The translations under genes were made by a program, and so were the position numbers. DNA of 64,000 nt from Lingula anatina (Eukaryota; Animalia; Brachiopoda): assembly GCA_051362555.1 (NCBI GenBank), contig CM120643.1, positions 1,860,001 to 1,924,000 on the forward strand. Direction: 5' to 3'. Below, one piece after another: positions 52,754 to 64,000 of the stretch; positions within the stretch are counted from its first letter, which is position 1, and every line of letters starts with the position of its first letter. The notes beneath the pieces are model-generated. The model was given only the letters and a program-made list of their open reading frames with translations, had not been told where the DNA came from and did no database searches.

Positions 52754-55700
52754 GCACTGCGGTTTATCTGTAACCTTAAAGGGTCACATACCTTATCCAG
52801 GTAACATACCACGGTCAACGCAATTGAGTTATTTGCTTAATGTTGATCTGGTGGTCAGTGTTTCCCTGATGGTCTTTGGACAGATAAATTATTATCATCA
52901 CCTGAAGTTGGCTTCACGGACACTCTTCTTGGGCCGCGGTGAAATAATGTAAGGGTGACGCGTGGTAAACGATAAATTAGACTGAGAATAGGACCAAATT
53001 GCATTAAAAAGACATAAAGTCTAATTTCTAATAAGTAACATGCTTCTTGCTGCGATAGCTACGGACACTGCTCAAACGCCAATTTTTACAATCAGAGATA
53101 ATAGAAACAGATCCGCTTTCTCTCCGTATTTCCTCATTTCTGGGAACGGCTTAGAATCAAAAGCAGGCCGGTTACAGAAACAGACCTTATGGTGTGTAAC
53201 AGAGTTATAGATGCCTGTTGATTTACCAATTGCGTTCTTACAAAAAACTTTATTGATGTAACGTATTTGTGTTCGCTTCTTAATTTGAGCGAAATTGAAG
53301 ATTTATTTCCTATCAAAAACACCAAAAAGGATGAGTTAAAGTAATCGCAGTCTCACGATATTGAATGACAACTGGCGCCAGATTTCCCCTCTGTAAGATA
53401 TCGTTTTAAAGTACTTTTACACCAAGGAGAACAAAACTTAAGTGCTGTTGCACCAAGATTCCATATCGCTTTTTATATAACAGGTTTGGATACCGTTGAC
53501 ATTTCTCACTGCGAATGTGGGGCTTCTTTTTTTTTATTAATATTTTTAGCGAAAAAAAGACGGTGGAATTGGATGAAGTAAATGGCATAAAGAACACATG
53601 CTGTATTTAAAGGAGTGATGAGAACCTTTGCGTTACAGAATTGCATAATGTAATAGGCAGTGAAATTCAACATGTCAGTCAATTCCAAAATGCCCGAAAT
53701 CAAGAACGTTGACACTACGGGCACATGGTACGATTTGTTTTTATTTCTTAACATATATGATCTAAATAATCTAAGTATTTACACCATGTTTCCTTATGGT
53801 GTTTCAGTTTAAGTTGTAAGGCCAAATTTAATCGAAATGTATTGTCTAAATTAAGACTGGAGATCAAAGGAATTTCCCGGCAATTGACAAACTGAACACC
53901 ATAAATGATCACATAGCTCCTTTTTTATTAAAACATTCAAGTAGATTCAACATGAGTTTTGTGTAATATGATAAAGTGACGATGTATATATTTAATAACA
54001 ATAACACACGATCAACAGCAGTAAGAAACAAAGTGACTTAAGACGTACAAATCACGTACAACACCCCATTCTCACTATCTGCCACAGAATACTTGCACAT
54101 CCTATCTGAATGATTTTACACACAAGTTTATAATTTTCAAGAACTCTTCATATCATTAATCATTATTTCCCATAGTTTTCACTCAAACTTTTTAAAAACT
54201 TAACTTAAAAGTCACATTCACGCTAATGATTAACATACCAAACAGAAGAACAACTTGGAACGATGAATAAAAACATCAATATAGTCCTTTGGAGAAAGTA
54301 TTGCAGTTGTCTCAACTATAAACAAAACATAGTGAACTGATATACACATAAAACATGCCCCTTTAATATGTGATAGGCTCTTCTGCTTGATTTAATATAA
54401 GATTCCAGTGCAAATTTACATCACTGGACGCCAAAGGTACCAAACATTTAGAAATTACCATTAAGTAAAACCTAAACATGTTAGTAATTGAATTTGGCTG
54501 ATGAGCACACTGTACTAGAAGCACTTAGTCCTTGTTAAGCTCACGTACGTAGATTAGCTTTTATATAACCAAAGTGTTATAAAAGTCCGACGGGTTGGTC
54601 GAAAATTCTTGGGAGTAATTTCTGGGTGTGGATATAAAAGTGACAGCCCTAATGTGATAAGTATCGGTACTTCAACACGCATGGGCCATTAGGGATTGAG
54701 TCGTGAAGTACACGGAACCGAACATTTAGTGATTTACATCTCTTGATAAGCCATCAAAATACCTTACAAATGACCTCTGGAAATGTATCAATGGTTTATT
54801 TATGGTGGCCAAATAATACATCGCGTGACCAATGGCATGGGCATGGTCAGTGTCTAAATATCTTGACCAACGAACTTGACCATTGTCATTATCTTATAAC
54901 ATATCGATACAAGTCAGTTCTAGTCTGATGGATGCTGTTAGTAGTCTACCGTTTATAAAACACTTAATACAATGGTAAATCATACACTTGTTACAATATG
55001 GCCGCCTCCTTTATACGGTGGATGTTTTGTTCTGATCTGGTATCACAAGAAAACCGCTAATACCATATGGTTTGAAGATATTCGATTCCTACATACATGT
55101 ACGGTACGACATACATGCAACACGATTAAGGAAACTACAATTCAATTAGAGACAACTTTCTTATTCTGCGTAAATAAAAGCCCTAGTAGGTACATACAGA
55201 GCAATTCAAAATAGAGCCAAGAACGTCTCTGTGCCAGAATTGATTACATCTCCACATAGTTTGGAACAGTCAAAACACCAAAACATGCTGCCAGCATCTA
55301 TCTAATATTTACCTACTGTTTTGCCTCATTTTACAAAGAACGAAAGCAAAGCACTCGGCTTATCTCGTATGATTCCGTATAGAATCAGAACCAGAAAGAG
55401 AAATGGGAAATCCTTGGACATTTTGTTCTAGAAGCCAAATATAATGTCAAGGAGTTCGAGATGGAAGACAGAGGATCAATTCTAGGAATAAAATATTTAC
55501 ATTATTCTCAAATTAAAAAGAAACAATTATTACTTTTGCACCACTTAAAGTCAATGTTATGACTTCTTTGTCCTGGTGCGTCTCCTGAATCCGGCTGAAA
55601 CGCCTGCAAGATGACTTCCGGTTTCCAGAATTTGTTATAACCTCTGTGCAGTCACATCCTGCTTTAGGGAAGGCTGCTATACCTTAACTAATGCAATACC

Positions 55701-56402
55701 AGAAAATGGCTGGACACAGTGTTTTGTCAGTCAGAGAGTATTTTTAGACCCATATACACGTAGGTCTAACGGAAGACGAAGTGGTAGGAAGAACCCATTT
55801 GTTTATATATTATTACAGGAAGACAGTAATCACAATCCTAATGCTTTTGGTAATGTCTTCATTGCACATCTTTTAAATATTATTGTTGCACTTGGTTTCG
55901 AAATAATGTCTTGCACAGGATCTTTACAGTGTCATGATGTGTTTCAGTGTCATGATGTATTTCAGTGTCATGAATGTCCGCATATAAAACAATTGCTCAG
56001 TTTCACATTATGTTATCCTAATGCAAATCTCCACGTTCCGCCATGACTCCCCACACACCCAAAGCGTCATCTCACTGACCAGCAGTGTCTCTTAAAGCAG
56101 TTCTTCGGGTGTGTTTAAAACGTCAGCTTGGTTTCTAACAGTCAGATTAAACAGCAGTTTTCTCCCATGAGATATTTTGGCAACCGTAGGAATTCATCCA
56201 ACTCATCATGTCAATTGTTGGTTGATTGAATCTCATACACTGAAATTATATTGCAGTGTTATATGTTGGCTGTGCCAAACCTGACTTATTACGCAATCCA
56301 CTAAGGTCACTTCTGCGTTATTTCAGTAGAGTCTTACAAAAGACGACTGAATCCGACAAAATTAGGCCGACTTCGTGAGAAAAGTCGTATTCTAACGTGT
56401 CC

Positions 56403-56510
56403 CTGTCATGACGTCACGAACCGTTGTCATTACGTCACAATCTGCTGTCATGACGTCACGAGCTGCTGTCATTACGTCACAATCTGCTGTCATGACGTCA
56501 CGAGCTGCTG
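56403..56510. repeat. 21-bp repeat x5 carrying CRE-like sites
   Basis: TGACGTCA at 56409, 56451, 56493 and TTACGTCA at 56430, 56472. Confidence 0.9.
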
Positions 56511-59386
56511 TTGACGCTGCTGGAACTGCTGATGGAGTCTAAAGAACTGCTGGTAGAAGACTCCGTCAGCGTGTCTTCCTGCACACCACTGTCGTTCTCT
56601 GTGTCACTCACTCCTTCCTCCTGCTCACTCAAAGTCTCCGCGAACTCTGTATAAGTGAAAGGGTCAATCGTCAGGTCGTTCATGCTACTACTGAGCAATT
56701 TCGGACAGCGGTCAAGATACGAGCCCCATATTGCGTTACTGCTCGAGGGGCTGTTAGGCTGCAGCGCCATGTTCCAGTCCACGTCCTCAGTCAGCATAAG
56801 GTCCGTCATGTCTATGAAGAAATCCGTGTCGTCATCGTCGTCATGGTTACCGTTGAGGTAGTCCACGTCATCGTCGTCGTCATGCTGGTTGTCATGGAGA
56901 GAGGAGTCGTGTTTGAAGGGCTTGGGGTCCGTGGTTCGTGATTCGAAGAAGGATAAGACTAGAGGGCTCTGTGATACCTGCAAATATGAACACAATTTGG
57001 TCAGTTTTATTAAACATTTCATTTTATAACTATAAAGCACAATTACAAAACACTCAATCACGAAAAGCGGAATTATATCCAATAATCGTGTTCCTATTAA
57101 AACCAATAATCCGAGCTTCACCCCAGGATACACAAATCACATTATGAGATATACCTGAAAGCATAGGGAAACATTCGTTTAGAAAAATGATTTTCATTGC
57201 TCTCGGGACTAAAACGGCGCTTATAGCTTTCTCTCACTAAATGTTAAGCTCGTAGCGCTACCTCAAATTCATACATTTGTCGATAGCCAATTTAGTAAAA
57301 ATTAAAATATTCTATTCTTGGGCTCATTTACAGCCATATAATACCTCTCAAACCCTCTCAGTAGCGTTCAGCCACGGTACATGGACTTCGAGAGGCTGAG
57401 GTTGAAATGTTCGGGACAAGATTTTTATTATTTCTGCTGTCATAAGGTCAGAAATAAATATCTACTGATAGTTTACCTTTGATAAAACGGAAAGAAAAAT
57501 AAAATGAGATAGAAAAATATCCACAATTTTGGACAGACACAGACAATCTAATAACAGCGGGGTTTTCTATATAGATTAGGTCTAACAGCAGTAACAAGGC
57601 AGAATCTCCACGGCACCTGCTGTAATAAATAACATATATTTAGTGCTGGAAAAAGCTTTTAGCCATCGATGTGTCTGGTAAGATATTTGTACAATTCATC
57701 ACATTCTGGTTCAAGTGTGGGAGTCTATCTACCCTGATTTTCGGGGTCAGATATTCAGGCTCCGACACAACCTTTATTTCACCATCGCGGCACCCTGAGT
57801 GTCAGGACTTTCCGGTCTCAATCTTAATTTTCGCGTTAACCGCCTAGTTTAACGTATATACAAAGGAGGGTGGTTATAAAACAAGGCATGGACGCGTGGA
57901 AACTCGGGGTATACTGGTCGAAGCAGCTGCCTTGTGAAATTGGTCTTAGTTTGATTTATTCTCACGCAACCGGCGGGCGGCGGAGATAACCTAGTTACTG
58001 AGACTAAGCAGCACGGGATATGAAACCTTGACTACCGCCAGATAAAAAACAAAACGTATGGGAACCAAATACAGAGCATGGGCGGTCGATTTTTTTTTAC
58101 TGAGCGTCACAATTTGGATTTAATATACATTAGGAAAGGATGAAAAAAGTGTTTAATGCTTTTTGTACGAAGCCCAAATTACACTGAAAGACCAAAAACA
58201 CACTCCAATTTGTGTAACTGATACGACCAACACAAGAAAAATATCACGCTGTCGATCAATGAATTATTTATCAGTTAGGTCGAAACAGTTGCATTGATAA
58301 TACAAAAAGAAGGTTTAAAGATGCTTTTTTAACTATAAAAATATATACAAACCGCAAGACGAAATGTCGTGTTTGACGTTATCATTCATGCCAGATTTTT
58401 TTCTTTTTTGGTGGTATTTGAAAACTTGAACATGTAAACTATGGCTTTTTAAGCAAAAAAAAAAAAAAAAAAAAAAAAAAATAAAAAAAAATCACTTTTG
58501 CCTCAACATAAATATATGGAAGGCATTGCAGCATATCCTGTTTCCCCTTTTCTTTTACGCTCAGTTAACTAACCACCACGCTCTAACACCTTTCTTCGCT
58601 TTATTCTCCATCTTAAATGTCAGCTTCCCTACACGCTGTGTGGCTCTCAAGTGGTGCGGCTACTGTGCTTTACTGCCCTTCACGTTCCAAGCGAGCACTC
58701 TGGTATGTTTGATAGCGGAAGACTGGTGGCCAAATGAATCAGCCACGGCAATTAGCTGGGCGTACAGAGCTCCCGGGCGCGACCCCGTCCACCTTGCCGC
58801 GGATTGAGACCCTGACTGGTTCTGAAGGTGTGAATTATCTGATGGATGGAATCGTTCGCGTATAGCAAAAGAAATTAGGCTATGGCCGCGAACGTGTTTG
58901 TGTGCGTGTGCACCCGGCGTTTCAGTCTAAGTCGTTTTTACAAACACATTTACTTGTTTTACTGCCAAAAGACTAAAAAACTCTCCTCTTGACATGAAAA
59001 TGATGGATGGAAGTTGCCTCTTTTTTGGACGTTTACAAAGCGCAGTTAATTCAATTTCTTAATCTGTAAAATTATATTACACTTCATTTCCTTCCATGAA
59101 GTGTATTCAGATGTATACATCTAAAGATCTTTCCGAGCAGAAAACATTAATTGTTGGCGCAGAATTGTTCCTTTCAGGTTATTAATCCGATACTTTGGGC
59201 CAAGCATTGAAATAATAGGACGGAACTACAAACAATATTCTATATTTAAGCAATTAAGTGGACGTAAATAATATCTAAGTCTTACCTGTGTTGGGAGAGA
59301 GGATATTTGTCTGACAAAACGATTTAGTTGAGGTTCTCGGCCCTCAGCCAGTTTACTGTCGTTCCTCTGAAACATTGATTTTCTTC
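56498..59386 (-). CDS. PX (Phox) domain-containing protein, last two coding exons; 5' exons not identified
   Basis: Exons 59386-59286 (GRKSMFQRNDSKLAEGREPQLNRFVRQISSLPTQ) and 56977-56498 (VSQSPLVLSFFESRTTDP plus acidic/Ser-rich tail) join in frame and resemble the C-terminal helices of PX domains of the p47phox/Tks/PXDC1 type. Candidate AATAAA near 53925 implies a ~2.6-kb 3'UTR. Confidence 0.7.
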
Positions 59387-60276
59387 CTGAAACAAAAAAC
59401 AAGTGGAGTTCATGTTGGATTCTTATATAATATTTCTAGTCTATTTAATAACGAGAACTGAAATATAAACAGAAATATAGAAATACTTACATAACGAGAG
59501 CTGAAACAAAGACGAAAACATTTTTTTCAATTTTAAATCTTACAGTTATTTGGAGTTTTTACTCTTACTTATTTTTCTATGAAAATTAATCAACGAACTT
59601 ATTAATTTCCTTGCTGATTTATCTCATTATTTACCTATATTTGTTATTCTGTTCTCCCTAGCATTCAATTTCCTATCTCTCTTTAACTAATTCATAAATT
59701 CACTCATCATACATGTATACAATATTCAGAAGGTCTGTAGTGCAGACGTCCAGGTGGTCGTGATATGGGAAGGGTTGGGGGGGGGGGGGGAGGCAGAGGG
59801 TCTGTGAAGGGGTCTCAGTAAAAATGTTTATCCCTTTTTGAGGGCGTGAGGCCCGTTAATCACACAATCTCGTGAGATAAGACGAGATAGTGATCGTAGA
59901 CACAAGTGAAGTACTGTTATTGAAATAAATATACCAAACTATTAAGCTATCAATTAATTGAATTTCTGTTATTGTTTTCTCCCACTTTAACTACGTGTAT
60001 CGTAACATCGCGTGCTGTGAGTCCTTGTGTTTGAAAATGACAAGTTCATCAAAGTCGGTGTGGTCTGTTGGCTTCCCCGCCAAGTTTAAGACAGGGGTTG
60101 GGAAGGTTATCGAACAAGATGTCGTATTGAGGTGTACCGCAAGCCTGGGCCACAAATGACGACGACGTTTTGAAATATGGGTGCTGTGAAAATCGAGGTG
60201 CAGACTGAAGACGCTCAATATTCCTGTCCCCAAACATATATACATGTACGCCTGCATACATTAACGCATTCGCGTT

Positions 60277-60323
<47 letters not shown>

Positions 60324-62136
60324 TATTGTCCGTTTAGGATGTGCCGGTTATTGAATGTCAACCCGTTGATATCTTTATATGACAAGGCGTCCCTAATGGA
60401 TTGAGAAAATAATCAGCAGTCTTCAGTAAATTAGTCTCCAGTGTCTGAGGCCTTTCATCTTAACCTCTTAATAAGATTACACGGGGGAAAAACACAAATC
60501 GTTTCCAGGAAAACTTCATCTTTTCTTTAATTCTCCGTTGGTTAGAGGTTGAGAGACAGCAGATGCGCCGCTGTATATGTAAATGTGTGTACCGACGACC
60601 GGGGCAATAAGTGGATTTATTCCACATTTCTGAAATAAATTGAACCATAGAGTGCTATCGACCGTATTCTAGCGCGTCTGTCGCGTCTGATCAATTGGCA
60701 AGTGAGGTCTTCCACGAACAAATGAATTCCGTGAAAGAAACAGTACATTGCCATAAACAATTATTCCGGCTGGTCTAACCCTGACAATCTATTTAGTTTT
60801 ATGCGGCGTTATAGTTCTACTGTGTTTCTTTGCTTTTGCTGTGTCTTCTCTAATTAATGTGGAAAAGAGGTAGTTAACTTTAACTAAAATCCGAACAAGA
60901 ATGTAATGCCTTCTTGTCACGATGTACGGTAAATATCCCAGTTTACAGACTTATCTATAAAATTCCGAGTTAAAATATGGATGGAATGCATTCCTAGACC
61001 CTGGTGCAATATTAATAATCATAAATGTATTGTGTTTTTTAAATAATTATATTGAGTATTCAGAGAATATAGGAACAAAAGGGCCAGGTGGAAATTACTT
61101 AGGCCGTGTCACTGTTGTTGTCTGTTGTGATCAATTTTCTTGTGCGGCCTAATTCTAGTCTTGACTACAAGAAAGGTAAAATAATTAAGGAATACCTCAA
61201 GTGTTAAGTACATGCTATGATTCCCCCCGTGTCAGTTAGCTCAGATGTGTAGTTAAGACTGGGCAGCAGAGATATGAAGTTAAAATGAGTCATGGGAGAA
61301 AATTACAGGGAAGATTTCTTGCCCGGTAGCAGCTCGGGTCTTCTTCTTCACTGAAAATCATTATTATATAAAATCCTATTTACATTTCTGTGAATCGCGA
61401 TCGATTTTTGGTTGAAAATACCACAATTACAAGTTGAAAATCACTAGTGTCTAACCAAAGGCTACATATGGTCGATATCAGAACGAACTTGTCCTCGTGT
61501 GAGCACACACAATTTGGAATAACTGTGCATTTACGTGAAAAAATTAATGTCAAACAAAATTCATGTCAAAAAGCATAGGGAGAAATTTGGCTTGTGGATT
61601 TTTTTTCCTACAAGATCTCTGCATGATGCTTAGCATCCTATTTGCGCCTCTTCTGTCTTGTCACACAACGGAGAGAGACAGCTAAGTTGGGTTCAATCTC
61701 GTTCGATCCTGGTTCGTGCAATCTTGCAACATGCGAACCGCCGCACCAGTAAGCAAAGTGTAAACTCTGCCATTGGGATAGCGGGCAGTGCCCCCGTAGC
61801 AAAGACAACAACATTATTATACAAAACTACTGCTAAACAAAGTAGACAAAACCTAGTGGAACGCTGGTTAAGCCTTTAGATATAGATTTGGCGTCCAAAA
61901 CCGTCTGACTCATCGGCGCTTAGATCATCTGCCCAGCTGTGGCTGTACAACTGTCACTACATAAAAAACACGAATATTTTTACACTTCATCATCCGTGAT
62001 GGATGAACTGATTGTCAGGGTTCCGACTGTGTGTTCAGCTGAACTTTCCTTTGATGTATTTTGTACTTGGTGTGCAAAACGGGTGGGGATATTATGTAAG
62101 GGGATAGGAGTATCTGGAAAAGTGTGTGAATATTTG

Positions 62137-62173
<37 letters not shown>

Positions 62174-64000
62174 ATGACGAGAAAGTAAAAAACTGGCGTA
62201 TATCAGGTACCCTGTATTTGACTAAAACTAACCAGTAAAGGGGTCGTTTTCAAAATCAGAGATGGCTCTCGTAGAAAAACAAGTAATCTATATATAAGTT
62301 CATGCGATACAAGTTCTTTTACTTCAAACGGAAATCTGTTTTCCAAACACCTTCCACGAAACTTTCATAACATTCGTACAATCATTAAACCATGCTGCAT
62401 TAAGTCCAGGCGGAACGGAACAGCGTGAAACAATTTTCCAATAACATGATTAATACCAATATAATTTAAATTGAATGAACGATTATCAAGGAAATTCCAC
62501 TTTACTTCGCTGATTTCACAAAACAAGGCTATTACTAATACATTTCTGCTTACTGCGCTGACACGGTGAAATACGTTGCCCTTACATTAGTGTGATTCGT
62601 GATATTTGAAAGATCAAAGAGTAGTAAATGTGAAATATATGTTCTCAGAATTATCCAATTGCTTAGGAAGCCATATGGAGTAATAGATGAGCAGAAACAT
62701 ACGACACACGCACCGTCCCAAAATTATTTGTGAGACTTAACGGTATAATACGTATTCTAAATTGAGCAGATGAGCTGCTATTAATTGCGTCAGTTATATT
62801 TTATGGAAGGCATGTGTGCTTAAGCAAGCCTACTCTCAGACTAATAATATTTGAACTTGAGGATAACGTTTTTCATCTCTTTTTGGGGCAAAAATCTCTC
62901 GGTGGACAGTACAGAAACGTGTCCAGAAATGTGTTTAGTTAAAAATCTATATAGTGAAATATTCTCTGTGACCCTGTCTGGGGAGAGCTTAGGACAGTTG
63001 TCTCTTTAATGTAGTAGATACGTATCTGAAGCACTCTGCAAGTTAAGAGCGTCAGTAAATATTGGAAACGTAATTAATTAATTAATTACCTAATGACCGC
63101 GTTCTATTTCATGAATTTATTCAAAGTGCGGGTCAATGAAAGTGAAACAGTCATCTTTATAAGAAACATCACCGCTAATTTCCCTCTCTGAGGTCAAGGC
63201 GTCAAGGCTATGGTCGATTATGAGACTTCATAATTAAGATAATAATACACGCCATCGTCCTAACATCTTAATGGGTCAGTATTTAACACTATATCCTCAG
63301 GGTGCTAAACGTGGCCAGGGGTAAGAGATGAGACGCTTATAATAGACTTATTATCTAGTGCATGAAACACTCCTGGGAAGCGCTTAATAGAGACATCGCT
63401 ACCAGTGAAGCCCTTTTGATATCCAGTGCCCTGCTGAAGTGCCTGCCTTTTCAAATTCGTTTATTTCGTATTCATGTCCTAGTTTATCTGGCAGAAGGGG
63501 GAGGAGACGCTGAACCCGACATAAAACCGTCACACACCTTGGTGACAATTATAGATTGCTGAGCACTTTTATCACAAACAGCCATCACCGCCGAATCTGA
63601 TAAATATCATTCGTTGGACGTAGTGCTAGTCGTCCGGCTCAGAAGAGTTTGATGATATTTCAGTCTCTTATTTTAAAATAACACCGTGCTGCATATACTA
63701 GGTTGCATGAACTGTCCACATTTTTTTCTCACATTTGCACTGGAAACGGTGTTGAATATTTCATCAAAGGACCTCTGCGTGTAAAAGAAACTCATGAGTT
63801 CTACCGTTATAAAAACACAATACTTAGTCTACACAGTGCATGCAATTACGAAAATTGCAGTTCTAGGAAATTAACACCCGAGAATACGATACGAAATTGT
63901 CTAATTGGGTAAATATCCGTTATAAAGTTTGCTCATATCAATCAATGACTTGCAGCAGAGAACATACATGTACATAGACACTAAAGGCCTGCCATACTGT

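Noticed and set aside
52503-52818. Repetitive ORFs on both strands
   Set aside because: Explained by the 48-bp tandem repeat.
61306-61352. Possible upstream PX-gene exon (RRRPELLPGKK)
   Set aside because: Could not be joined in a consistent frame to the exon at 59386, and the attractive frame begins with a stop.

Overview
AT-rich eukaryotic genomic DNA with spliceosomal GT-AG introns, probably a lophotrochozoan such as a mollusc (inferred from MetaSINE and Sola3/Ginger-type repeats; no database search was run). In order: (1) about 240-5600, a TATA-headed multi-exon locus built from tandem exon+intron modules and an exonic 52-bp minisatellite, with no long ORF; (2) a 3'-truncated DDC gene followed by a frameshifted, centrally deleted DLD pseudogene; (3) an intact minus-strand SERHL alpha/beta hydrolase with two duplicated alternative last exons (only one ends in the PTS1 SKL) and an optional Arg-rich N-terminal extension; (4) an intron-containing Ginger-like integrase transposon between those two last exons; (5) an intact NCOA5 gene divergent from SERHL; (6) a possible spliced ncRNA interrupted by a nested MITE plus Sola3-like transposon; (7) repeat-rich intergenic DNA; (8) the last two exons of a PX-domain gene whose stop codon is the first unit of a 21-bp-phased CRE array. 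All exon models were derived by hand from splice sites and frame continuity.
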